Virus record (IMG/VR): IMGVR_UViG_3300025398_000087
Span: 1 to 24,888 of that record
DNA: 24,888 nt
Strand: one strand, 5' to 3'
Source: a virus
Lineage: Duplodnaviria > Caudoviricetes
Shown here piece by piece: positions 1 through 9,771 of this stretch; position 1 is the stretch's first letter; every line of letters starts with the position of its first letter. The position numbers and the translations under genes were made by a program. A model generated the notes under the pieces. The model had not been told where the DNA came from. It did not search any database and was given only the letters and a program-made list of their open reading frames with translations.

Positions 1-3000
1 TTGATATTTGGTTGTGAGTTTGTGGAGTACCAAACGTCACTTGATGGTGTTAGTGCTACTGTACCAGTAAAGTTAATCACGTTGAAAGGATTAACGTTGA
101 TGACTTCTGTAGCAGTATTTTGGAACACCAAAGATGCTTCGTTATAAGAGAAGGTAATAACATTGTCTTTGATTGACAATTGGTTATTTGTCTTGTTGCC
201 TGGTGATGTTACAAATGTACCTTGTGTTGTATCAACATAGTATGAAGCAACATTTGACAAGAAGAAGTTTGTACAATATTGGTTAATTGTATCGATAGAA
301 GCAATATAATCAGCATTCTGAACGTCAGCAACACTTTGGCCTGTGAAACCATCTACCAGATAACCATTCTTAAACAATAGATTTGAACCAGTAGAATCTG
401 TAACATCAGAACCAGTCACACGATTTTCCAAAACGGACAATGATGTGTATGCCTCGATAGTAGAAATACGCTTGTCTAGCACACCAATATCTCTCATCGT
501 ATATCTACGGAGATTTGTTGGTGTCACCTGAATAGACTGTTTTGTGTATGTGTATGCAGGATAGTAAATTGTAAATATAGTCAAAGCACCTGGCACATCA
601 GATGGTGCAACAGGATTTGTGTATGCTGGAACACCAGTGATTGTTTGGAACTGTCCATTTGGATACAAAACAATCTTGTCGATACGACTTAGATAGTAAC
701 CATAGTTCAAGAACACATTGTTAAATGGTGCAGGCAATTGGAATGAATTCAATCCTGTTCCACCGTCTGCTCTACGTGGTCTGAAGTCAATTACATCTGT
801 CAATGGATATGTTGTACCATATTGTGGTGATGTAAATGATGGAATGTTTGCGTAGGCCACAGGATAAGAATTTACATCAAAGAATCCTGTACCACCAGAA
901 TGTGTGAAGTAATCAAATACTACAACAACATTACCTCTTGGTGCACCAGATATGTTTGTAATTTTACCGTGGTCATAGTAAGTATCTCTTTGGCCATTAT
1001 CTGTTGTATAGTATGCAACATTGTTGGTTAATGGAGACCAAATAGAGACAAATGTATTTGGATAATGTCCAGTCGTGCTTGTGAGAGCTACATAGACATT
1101 ACCATTTGGATCTAGAACAGCACTATTAGCAGAATAGTTTGTTGTGTTTGAATATGCACCAACGTAAGTGTATGTGTTTGACATCTCATAGATGCCATCA
1201 AATTGGTATATGTCAGATATACCTAAGTCGATTGGTTGACCATATGTGTTTGCAGAAACTTGAACAACATATTTTTGATTCAAAGTTTTTGTTTTTGGAG
1301 TATCATTGACAACGGAAATGGTTGCATAGATTTGACCAGAGCCATTAAATCCACCACCGATATTCACCACAGCTTGCGGTGTACCTGGAGAATTTGTGAT
1401 GGTAATTGACACGTTGGACTGGTCCATAGGAATGAACTGACCATTTGCATAGCTTCCAGATGCGGATGTTGTTACGATAAAGTAATTGATTTGCCTTGCT
1501 GCGGATGATATTGCACCAGAACCACCAACGAATGTTTCAAATGTTCCGTTTGTTGTAATTGTTGCAACACCAGCAGAAAATGTTGGTACTGTAAACAACC
1601 TTGTAGTAACATAATTGACAGATGAAACATTTGAGATGTTCTTCTGTGGCATTGGGAACACCAATGAATTATATGTGTTATCAATCAAAGTTACAGGTGA
1701 AACTGTATTGGCTGAGAATGAAACAGATGTATAACTGTTTGCTGCACCAGGAATAATCATTGAATTCACACTAGCAAATGTGTTGTTTGCTAATTTGATA
1801 TCAAACAAGAATGTCTTGTATTCTGTTGTGCTTAGATTGCCTGAGTCGTAAGAGAAGTTACGAACACGAGCAGTACCAATTTTTGTATTTGTATTGGCTG
1901 CACCAAATGCAACATTATGCAATTCGACTACTGTGCCTGTTTGGAAATTAGCAATAGAACCATTCAAGTTCTGTACTTTTGTGTAGTCACCATAATATGT
2001 TTCAATGTCTTGGCTCAATAATACATTTGTATTTCTAGCCTTCTGCAATGTGTATGGTGTCTGTGCAATATGTTCAACAGGATAACCACTAATGTATGCT
2101 TTACCTGCGGAGATAGAAGAAATGACTGTATTGGATGTAGTGTTAGATGTACTTCCAATCAATAGACTGTATGGATTGACAATAAAGTCTCCAGATATGT
2201 CTGAAACCGCAGTAGCAATTGCAGTAGAAACATCGGAGAAAATAGGAACGTTACTAAGATTCTCTACATTACCAGCATTGATTCTGGCCAATTCAATAAA
2301 TTTGGCCGTAGTCAAATTAGCAACAACTTGGTCGCTAATATATGGTTTGAACACCAAATTCAATTGTATCGAATATCTGTCTGCACCAGGTGCTTGATAG
2401 TTTGATGCACCAACTGCTGGATCCAACAATGATGGGTCAGAGTAAGAATCTACAATAATCTCATCAACTTCAAAACCAACAACACATGATGGATAAGCGT
2501 TAAGTGGATCAGGTACGATTGAAGATGCATAATTTTCAACAAACACACCATTAGTAAACCAGACACCATTGTCTACGTTAACTTCTAATGCATTTACAGA
2601 GATGTTGTTTGTTACTGTTGTTGAAATATTGCTGACATCTTGTGGTAAGTACACACTCAATGTCACATTTGATGCATCAACAATTGCAGCTACAGTAGCA
2701 GTAAATTGGATAGAAGAAATACTGATGGTATCACCGACACTAATACCTGCACTGGAGATGGCAAGGTTATTGCTCAAATATGTTCCAGATGATGTTCTTG
2801 TTAGTGTGTTAGTTGTTAAAGCTGTCGTTGAGAACTGTGGAGATACTGCTAGTACGATAGAATTTAAGGCATCAATTTTTGATGTGTATAAATTTATGGT
2901 TTCTCCAGATGCAAAGGCCTTTCCGTTAGAGGTATTTAATGCTTTAGTTTTAATATAATTGTTTAATGTGTCAACACCAGTAACTTGTGAAACGAAACCA

Positions 3001-3293
3001 GAAGTTTGACCTACCGCATACATTCCAATAAAACTGGAAAGAACAGAATTTGATCCAGATGTTAATTTACATGTAACAATGTTGGTGTCAACAGTAATAT
3101 TACCACCAGAAACTTTAGAACCATCTTGAAAAACACCCAATCCAAACTTGGAGATTTGGTCTTGTAGTATTGTTTGAGATTGTGTTAATTCTCTCGCTTG
3201 AACGGCATATCCTGGCTTGTAAAGAATACGATAGTAATTCTTCGTAGGATCAAAATCATCATAATATGGTGATACATCAAAATTGAGTGCCAT
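1..3293 (-). CDS. VrlC-like / DUF4815 large virion structural protein (3' end truncated by window edge)
   Basis: Absent from the ORF track, consistent with no stop inside the window. Manual translation from ATG at 3293 (preceded by AAGGA) gives MALNFDVSPYYDDFDPTKNYYRILYKPGYAVQARELTQSQTILQDQI. The same frame gives DNGQRDTYYD, YYLSRIDKI, RRYTMRDIGVLDKRI and INVNPFNV...SSDVW near base 1. These motifs are typical of the VrlC-like protein that follows gp8 in T4-like phages. Confidence 0.85.
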   Translation of the reverse strand, partial: MALNFDVSPYYDDFDPTKNYYRILYKPGYAVQARELTQSQTILQDQISKFGLGVFQDGSKVSGGNITVDTNIVTCKLTSGSNSVLSSFIGMYAVGQTSGFVSQVTGVDTLNNYIKTKALNTSNGKAFASGETINLYTSKIDALNSIVLAVSPQFSTTALTTNTLTRTSSGTYLSNNLAISSAGISVGDTISISSIQFTATVAAIVDASNVTLSVYLPQDVSNISTTVTNNISVNALEVNVDNGVWFTNGVFVENYASSIVPDPLNAYPSCVVGFEVDEIIVDSYSDPSLLDPAVGASNYQAPGADRYSIQLNLVFKPYISDQVVANLTTAKFIELARINAGNVENLSNVPIFSDVSTAIATAVSDISGDFIVNPYSLLIGSTSNTTSNTVISSISAGKAYISGYPVEHIAQTPYTLQKARNTNVLLSQDIETYYGDYTKVQNLNGSIANFQTGTVVELHNVAFGAANTNTKIGTARVRNFSYDSGNLSTTEYKTFLFDIKLANNTFASVNSMIIPGAANSYTSVSFSANTVSPVTLIDNTYNSLVFPMPQKNISNVSSVNYVTTRLFTVPTFSAGVATITTNGTFETFVGGSGAISSAARQINYFIVTTSASGSYANGQFIPMDQSNVSITITNSPGTPQAVVNIGGGFNGSGQIYATISVVNDTPKTKTLNQKYVVQVSANTYGQPIDLGISDIYQFDGIYEMSNTYTYVGAYSNTTNYSANSAVLDPNGNVYVALTSTTGHYPNTFVSIWSPLTNNVAYYTTDNGQRDTYYDHGKITNISGAPRGNVVVVFDYFTHSGGTGFFDVNSYPVAYANIPSFTSPQYGTTYPLTDVIDFRPRRADGGTGLNSFQLPAPFNNVFLNYGYYLSRIDKIVLYPNGQFQTITGVPAYTNPVAPSDVPGALTIFTIYYPAYTYTKQSIQVTPTNLRRYTMRDIGVLDKRISTIEAYTSLSVLENRVTGSDVTDSTGSNLLFKNGYLVDGFTGQSVADVQNADYIASIDTINQYCTNFFLSNVASYYVDTTQGTFVTSPGNKTNNQLSIKDNVITFSYNEASLVFQNTATEVINVNPFNVINFTGTVALTPSSDVWYSTNSQPNI

Positions 3294-3302
3294 TTTTTTC
3301 CT

Positions 3303-4682
3303 TTAGTAACCTAATACAATCTTAAATTGTTCTATTCCGTCTGTGCTTCGTTGAATTGCGCTTCTATTTTCGATAAAAGACATATAACCTGAGAACAAGG
3401 TGAAGTTTGGTGGACTGTAATTTAACAGAGTTCTTGTTGTTCCAGATGATGCCGCAAACAATGGGCCGTTTAATGTGGGAGTACCGTTTGTATTTATGAC
3501 GCTTACAACGTTGTTTCCAACATCAAAACTCAATACTGTTGCGGTGAATGTGGCTGCTTCTAAACTAGTACCTTGAAATACTGTCTCATCACTCAAATAA
3601 GAACCAAAACCTGGAGCGACAACCAATTTTGTGGATGTTGAATAAATTGTTCCGTTGGCAGGATATGGTGAGAGTTGTGTGGTCGTTGGATCAACAAGAA
3701 TACCTAGTTGATGGTAAATGACATCTGTTGGAATATAACCACCTTCAGAACCATTGAACTCAACTGACACCATCAAGTTCGTACAACCTAATTCTGAAAT
3801 TGGATCATATGAGTGACCACCAACTGGAGAAGCAGAAGCAATTGCCGTTGCATTGGATCCTAATGACGAGGTTATCATCACGTTTGCGTAGGAATAGTTG
3901 GAACCTGAACTTGTCACCACGATATCGGTGATTACACCATCTGTTACCTCGGCTGTTCCAGATGCACCTGAACCATCACCTGTTACAGTAACAGTAATGA
4001 TGGCATTTGCAGGATCATATCCAGAGCCGCCATTTGTTACGTTAATAACCTCAATGTCTCCAGATCCAGCATTAGTCAAAAGTGGATTTGGTGTATTTGC
4101 ACCTACTGGTACTGGAATCCATGAAGAATCCATAAACTGGATCTTTAGGCCAGAACTCACAGTATACATGTACACCCATTTGTAATTGTCTGCACCTTGG
4201 AAGATGTTTGTTGTTGCTGGGTTGTTTCCGTAAGTACCAGGTTGGAAGAATGGCATCACAGTTGATGGTGCACCATTGTTATTCCATAGACATTTGAATA
4301 CTTGGTCGTAAGTGTTTTTTACATAGAATTCGTAAATGGGATAACCATCTACGTCTTTTGCAAACATATTCACATTGTCTTGATAGTAGTCGTAAACAGT
4401 ATTGGCTGTCCAATCGATTCTTCGTATTACAGGACTCAAATCGTTTGATGTGACCTTTTTGGCCACAAACATATTTTTAAATACAGATTTGATGTATTGT
4501 TGGTCTTGTGTTGGAAGAGGCGGCGTAGCATCAACTGGCCATGGGTCTACTTTAGAAAGAAAGACATACGATGTTCCTAAAGGAATATTATATGCTGGTG
4601 GAATAACAGCAACCGGAGCATAGTACGTTTGTTCTATGTTGGTGATTGCTGCACCATAAGTAAGAATGTTTTGATTTGCCAT
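3303..4682 (-). CDS. gp8: Baseplate wedge subunit gp8-like
   Basis: Motifs VIRRIDWTANTVYDYY, FYVKN...VFKCLWNNNG, DNYKWVYMY and C-terminal IENRSAIQRSTDGIEQFKIVL; position after gp6-gp7. Confidence 0.85.
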   Translation of the reverse strand: MANQNILTYGAAITNIEQTYYAPVAVIPPAYNIPLGTSYVFLSKVDPWPVDATPPLPTQDQQYIKSVFKNMFVAKKVTSNDLSPVIRRIDWTANTVYDYYQDNVNMFAKDVDGYPIYEFYVKNTYDQVFKCLWNNNGAPSTVMPFFQPGTYGNNPATTNIFQGADNYKWVYMYTVSSGLKIQFMDSSWIPVPVGANTPNPLLTNAGSGDIEVINVTNGGSGYDPANAIITVTVTGDGSGASGTAEVTDGVITDIVVTSSGSNYSYANVMITSSLGSNATAIASASPVGGHSYDPISELGCTNLMVSVEFNGSEGGYIPTDVIYHQLGILVDPTTTQLSPYPANGTIYSTSTKLVVAPGFGSYLSDETVFQGTSLEAATFTATVLSFDVGNNVVSVINTNGTPTLNGPLFAASSGTTRTLLNYSPPNFTLFSGYMSFIENRSAIQRSTDGIEQFKIVLGY

Positions 4683-4686
4683 GATT

Positions 4687-4694
4687 TATTTATT
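4687..4694 (-). promoter_or_regulatory. Putative T4-type late promoter (AATAAATA) upstream of gp8
   Basis: One mismatch to TATAAATA; ends 4 nt before the gp8 ATG at 4682. Confidence 0.55.
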
Positions 4695-6813
4695 ATGCTA
4701 CTCGGATGATTGCAAAGTTGATTACTAGTGTATCTGAGGCATTTGAACCTGAAGGAGTACTATCAGAGTTATGCAAATTAACCACAAAACTTCCTGGTGT
4801 TACTGAGTTTACAGATATGTCATAACCAACAGAAGCTCCAGATGCAATATTTACAATAACAACATCTTTTGCGGAAACTATGTAACTATTATTAACAGTA
4901 AATTGAACTGCAACGCCTTTATTTAATGCTGCATTTGATGTTGTGATTTGGCCTGTTCTACCATTTGCTGTGACAGCAGTAGATTTACTAGTTGATTGAG
5001 TTACTGTTGAATTATTAACATTTGCATTGTATTGGAAAACATTAGCAACAACAGTATTTGCAGTTAAGTTACCAGTAGTCACTACATTACCGGTGGTGGT
5101 CATCGTACCATAAGTGACAATATTACCATTAAAGAATGTATTTGCACCATTGAACGTTACATTACCTGGCAGTAAAATGTTTGCAGTATTCTGTACTGCT
5201 GTATTTGCAATAGAGTTTGCAAGATTTGCCTGATTATAAGCCAAACTTGTTTGAATGATGTTATTTGATATAGTTGTATTTTGTGTTGTGTCGATACCAA
5301 ATATTATTGCAATTTGTGTATTTGCATAACTAAATGCTGAGTTAGCATATGAACCTGCCGAATTTGCATTACTAGAAGCACTGTTGGCTGCTGTAAATGC
5401 AGAGTTAGCATAAGAACTTCCTGCGGCCGCATTGTTTGTAGCTGTGTTGGCTTGTGCATATGCCGAGTTAGCGTATGCACTTGCAGCTGCAGCGTTACTT
5501 GTTGCATTGTTAGCCACTATAAAAGAAGAGTTAGCATATGCTGAAGCTGCGGCCGCATTACTTGTGGCATTATTTGCTACTGTAAATGCTGAATTTGCAT
5601 ATGCACTACCTGCCGCAGCATTAGTGGTTGCAGTATTCGCTTGTGTGTATGCTGAATTTGCATATGCAGAGGCTGCAGCTGAATTAGCAATAGCATTATT
5701 TGCTACTGTGAAGGCTGAATTTGCATATGCACCGGCAGAATTAGCCGCAATAAATGCAGAGTTAGCATAAGAACCAACAGTTGCAGAATTACTTGTTGTA
5801 CTATTGGCCTGTAAGAAAGCGCTGTTAGCATAAGAACTTGCTGCAGCTGCATTTGCATTAGCTGTATTGGCCTGATTGTATGCTGAGTTTGCTTGTATAA
5901 ATGCAGCCGTGATACTTGTGTTCTGTGTTGCATCGACACCTTGAGTGACAACTGTATTGGATGAAGCAGAATTTGCAACAAGCCAACCAGAACTAGCGTT
6001 ATATGCTGCTACGTTGGCTACTCCAGATACGATTGTTACTGTACCACTAAGTGTGTTACCTGCCGCAAAAGCCGCATTGGCCTCTGCAAAAGCCGCATTA
6101 GCTTGATTGAATACAACATTGACTGTGTTTGATAATGTTCCAGTCTGTACAGAAACAACTGAATTGGCATAATTTTTTGCCGCAACCAATGTTGAATAGT
6201 CATTTGCATTAACAAATGTATTAGATACCGCAGTAGTTTGTGATGTTCCGTCAGCGAATACAATATATGATTGAGTATTCAACACCAATCCATTTGCAGT
6301 TATTGTTGCTGATATATTGTTTGCGTATTGACCACCAACTGCAAATACAAGATTCGCACCAGCAACAGCAGTACCAATTACTAAATTACCTTGATTGACT
6401 GGTCCAGGTCCTTGAACTACCAAATAACCATCATATGCGAATTGTGATGTTTGACCGTATGCTGCAGCATTCCATTGTGAATTGTTTAATCCTAAGTCGA
6501 TATATGCATTTGCATTTGTGCCTGTGTCAGCAGTGATAATCATATCACCTGCACCAGTATTACTGAAGTTTTGTAAATTTACCTGTGTAAAAGAAGGATC
6601 AACACCAGAAAATTGAGCAATCGTATTGGTGAACACAATTGGATTTACACCAACTACAAGTGCATTGTTTGAATACAATCCTGCAGCTAATGTGGTTGCA
6701 GTAAATTTACCTGTCGTATCAGAAGGAACATCAACAGCAACAAATAATGTATTTGCTGTGTTCGCATTTAACTGCGTTATTAAAGGTAATTGTGAAATCT
6801 TTATCGTTGACAT
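4693..6813 (-). CDS. Putative fibre/appendage protein with Ala/Asn-rich heptad coiled-coil shaft
   Basis: 706 aa. N-terminal KISQLP motif, a beta-rich domain, a central 21-aa repeat array and a C-terminal beta domain (VTQSTSKSTAVTANG...VINFAIIR). Lies within the baseplate operon. Confidence 0.65.
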   Translation of the reverse strand: MSTIKISQLPLITQLNANTANTLFVAVDVPSDTTGKFTATTLAAGLYSNNALVVGVNPIVFTNTIAQFSGVDPSFTQVNLQNFSNTGAGDMIITADTGTNANAYIDLGLNNSQWNAAAYGQTSQFAYDGYLVVQGPGPVNQGNLVIGTAVAGANLVFAVGGQYANNISATITANGLVLNTQSYIVFADGTSQTTAVSNTFVNANDYSTLVAAKNYANSVVSVQTGTLSNTVNVVFNQANAAFAEANAAFAAGNTLSGTVTIVSGVANVAAYNASSGWLVANSASSNTVVTQGVDATQNTSITAAFIQANSAYNQANTANANAAAASSYANSAFLQANSTTSNSATVGSYANSAFIAANSAGAYANSAFTVANNAIANSAAASAYANSAYTQANTATTNAAAGSAYANSAFTVANNATSNAAAASAYANSSFIVANNATSNAAAASAYANSAYAQANTATNNAAAGSSYANSAFTAANSASSNANSAGSYANSAFSYANTQIAIIFGIDTTQNTTISNNIIQTSLAYNQANLANSIANTAVQNTANILLPGNVTFNGANTFFNGNIVTYGTMTTTGNVVTTGNLTANTVVANVFQYNANVNNSTVTQSTSKSTAVTANGRTGQITTSNAALNKGVAVQFTVNNSYIVSAKDVVIVNIASGASVGYDISVNSVTPGSFVVNLHNSDSTPSGSNASDTLVINFAIIRVA
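5317..5886 (-). repeat. Coding tandem repeat with 63-bp (21-aa) unit, consensus SA(F/Y)xxANxAxxNAAAxSxYAN
   Basis: Eight 21-aa units, one 14-aa unit and an 8-aa partial unit (190 aa = 570 nt), read directly from the translation. Confidence 0.9.
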
Positions 6814-6821
6814 CTTTTATC

Positions 6822-9767
6822 CTAGTTTAATATGAGTATTGTTCCTGTCTCTGTGGACAATATCTGGTCATTTTCTGTTGTCAATTCTGGAGTATAGGCC
6901 AAACCTATTGGTCCATAAATCACTACTTGGCCATCGGTTGCCGTCAATGTTCTATTGACTGACAAGAAACCACTTGCATTTGATGTGAAGTTGTTCGCAA
7001 CTGTTATTATTCCATTTGAATAATTCACACTGGATACAGTATAAACTGTGTTGTTGACTTGTACCAAATCACCAGAAAATACAATGTCAGCTAAGAAACA
7101 ATTTGCATTACTATAAACACCATCATTAACAATGTCATACGAACCAGTTAGTGTCACTATATTTATTGTGTTTGAACCTGAATTTGCTGTAACTGTTGCA
7201 ACATTTGGGAATGTCAACCAGTAACTTTCTTTCAAATTCAATGATGTAGTTTCTGTCAACAAATCTTCACCACCAGATTCCGTTTTCAAATCCTCTGAAC
7301 CAGATTCAGACAACAAATCATCTTTAGCTAAATTAATACTCCATACTTCTGACCTGACATTTGGACCATGTGGTGTTTCAATCTGTATGATACTGTTTGC
7401 GTATCCAACTTGGTTACTAAAGATGAATGTGGAGATATCTGCACCAGCCAAATTTGTAAATGTAACAGTATTTGAACTCAATGACGTAAAATTAGCACTC
7501 ATTGTTGCACCAGAAGCATTTGTTCCGGTGTAGTGTGGCAATGGATAAGCGTGATACAAGGCTTCAGTTGCTGTTGTATTGAAGTTTGCATTAGATTTAA
7601 TAGCAAAACGTCCAAGTACTTGCATACCGGCAGGATGCAATAAGTTCAACAATACGTCACGATATTTTGCAATCTCTTTTTCGACTGTGATTTCATATGT
7701 GAAATTGTTGTATTTTGAACTTTGTAACACATCATAAGAACTGGCCTGACCACTTGTATTCAAGTATTGGCCTGCACCAACAACCAAACCATTCAAGAAT
7801 TTAGTTGTAGCTTGTGCAAGTCCGTCACCATATGTTCTTACGCCATGAGAGTTGTAATATGAATTGTATGCTACGTTCTGTGAAGCCAAATGAATGTTCT
7901 TGCCAAGAATATTGATTGTTTTACCTGGACCTGGACTGCTAGTGTAATTGAATACCCTTAGATTGTATAATGATTGTGTTGGGTCTGCATTAGGAACTAA
8001 TAGTGTAATGTTGTTGACTGTAGCCTTATACAATGCAGTAGAAACATTAGAACCTTGGAATGCTATGTCACCAGTCTTAGGTAAGTTAGCAATCGATACA
8101 TTTGACACCACGATGTCTTGTACAGACAAAGAAACATTAGGTGCAGAAACATAATCTTCACCAGGATTAATGATGTTGATTGTAGATATAGAACCGACTC
8201 TACTTGTAACAGTAGTGAATGTGGCGCCTGATCCTAGAATGCCAGGAATGTAAAGAACAGCATTTGACGCCTGATTGTTTGCTGAAACTACTGTTACATT
8301 TGGTGTTACAGATGCACTATAACCTAATCCACCCAATGGATAATGATGAGGACTATCTGGATTTGGATAAACATAACCAACAGTCTGAATTGCACCTGTT
8401 GCATTGACACTCAACACATTTGCATGGGCACCATAACCACCGCCACCTTTAATTAAAATGGTGTCATTGTTTTGATAACCAACACCACCTGATATAATTT
8501 GAATTGGTGCAAGTATACCTGCGGACGTTAAAAGGGCAGGACCATTATTAGAAGTGTCTAAGCTGTCTGATGGTTGTCCAGCAATTGCTGTTACTAAAGG
8601 TGGAGTAGAAATTCCACCGCCACCATTCAATAGAGTTACTGAAGAAATTGGATAGGTCGTGAATGACAAGAATGTCAATGCATTTGCTAATGAAGTGTTT
8701 GCATTGGCAGAAGTAAGATTTGCAAAATTGTATGCAGTAGCGCCAATTGTGATACTATGTTTGTTTGCAATAGAATCAATTGCAAAGTATGTGACGTTAG
8801 ATACTCCGTTTGCAGCAGGATTCAAGTTACCAATAATTGCATTGGCGCCTGGTGCATTTGCAATATTAATTTTTGTGTTGGGTGAAAAAGTATAACCGTA
8901 ACCACCATTCAACACATTAATGTTTTGAATTGAACCAGTTGTTGTAGTTCCCACAACAGCAGTAGCACCAATTGGATTTGGTGTATTTGAATTTAATCCA
9001 TTGTATACAATTACTGGATCGCCAGGTTGATACAATGTGCCACGATATATTGGATTGATATTGATTTGACTAATCTGGCCAACAATCTTTGCACTTAGTG
9101 TCTCAGCATTCAATGTTCCTGCAGGTACTTGTTGACCATTTAGGAAATATATTGGTTGATTTGCGGAATCTACAACAGTAACAGTCTCACCAGATTGGAA
9201 AAGGCGTTCAATGTTAGAAATGAAAACTTCTGTTTTTGTACCAGACCTAATTGAATTTTCTACCGTTGCAATTGATTTGGATGTTTGGCCAAACAAACGT
9301 AGATTGTTGATGTACAAGAAGTTTGGATCGATTGTTTCCAACCTAACACTTTTAGGTACATACCAAGTACCGGCAGAAGCCTTCAGTACTGTATCACCAG
9401 TAACGAAATAGTCAAAATCGGAATCAAACAGAACACGGAACAAAAACTTATATGATGCAGGTGTACCTTTTGATTGATACAACTGTTTTGCAATTTTCAA
9501 TACTTTGGTTTGATCCGCAAGAATATCTGGCGGAAAATATGACATGAAGTCATTGATAAAGTAATTTAGAAACTCTTGCGTGGTTGTGTCCACGTCCATG
9601 TATGTCAATAGACTTTTCGTATAGTCTAGGACATTATTCTCTTGCTCCATCCACTCATAATAAGCCTGCAAGAAGAGTACAAAAACAGAATAATTTGGAT
9701 CTTCAGCTATAAATTTTGGTAGCTGATATGGTACCAGTAGCGAGGTTTTTTGATTACTCTGTATCAT
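6822..9767 (-). CDS. gp7: Baseplate wedge initiator gp7-like
   Basis: N-terminal QLPKFI...FVLFLQAYYEWME, LYQSKGTPASYKFLFRVLF and later YNNFTYEI...LLHPAGMQVLG; position between gp6 and gp8. Confidence 0.8.
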   Translation of the reverse strand: MIQSNQKTSLLVPYQLPKFIAEDPNYSVFVLFLQAYYEWMEQENNVLDYTKSLLTYMDVDTTTQEFLNYFINDFMSYFPPDILADQTKVLKIAKQLYQSKGTPASYKFLFRVLFDSDFDYFVTGDTVLKASAGTWYVPKSVRLETIDPNFLYINNLRLFGQTSKSIATVENSIRSGTKTEVFISNIERLFQSGETVTVVDSANQPIYFLNGQQVPAGTLNAETLSAKIVGQISQININPIYRGTLYQPGDPVIVYNGLNSNTPNPIGATAVVGTTTTGSIQNINVLNGGYGYTFSPNTKINIANAPGANAIIGNLNPAANGVSNVTYFAIDSIANKHSITIGATAYNFANLTSANANTSLANALTFLSFTTYPISSVTLLNGGGGISTPPLVTAIAGQPSDSLDTSNNGPALLTSAGILAPIQIISGGVGYQNNDTILIKGGGGYGAHANVLSVNATGAIQTVGYVYPNPDSPHHYPLGGLGYSASVTPNVTVVSANNQASNAVLYIPGILGSGATFTTVTSRVGSISTINIINPGEDYVSAPNVSLSVQDIVVSNVSIANLPKTGDIAFQGSNVSTALYKATVNNITLLVPNADPTQSLYNLRVFNYTSSPGPGKTINILGKNIHLASQNVAYNSYYNSHGVRTYGDGLAQATTKFLNGLVVGAGQYLNTSGQASSYDVLQSSKYNNFTYEITVEKEIAKYRDVLLNLLHPAGMQVLGRFAIKSNANFNTTATEALYHAYPLPHYTGTNASGATMSANFTSLSSNTVTFTNLAGADISTFIFSNQVGYANSIIQIETPHGPNVRSEVWSINLAKDDLLSESGSEDLKTESGGEDLLTETTSLNLKESYWLTFPNVATVTANSGSNTINIVTLTGSYDIVNDGVYSNANCFLADIVFSGDLVQVNNTVYTVSSVNYSNGIITVANNFTSNASGFLSVNRTLTATDGQVVIYGPIGLAYTPELTTENDQILSTETGTILILN

Positions 9768-9771
9768 TTAC

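Noticed and set aside
1472-2958. Short ORFs 1472-1684 (-), 2092-2397 (+) and 2569-2958 (+)
   Set aside because: All lie inside the long VrlC-like frame that is missing from the track; they are off-frame or antisense shadows.
5432-5770. 112-aa + strand Ala/Leu-rich repetitive ORF
   Set aside because: Antisense shadow of the fibre's Ala/Asn repeat; no independent RBS or context.
5317-5886. Regularly spaced DNA repeats as a possible CRISPR array
   Set aside because: The units are degenerate at third codon positions, in-frame and lack unique spacers, so this is a protein repeat.
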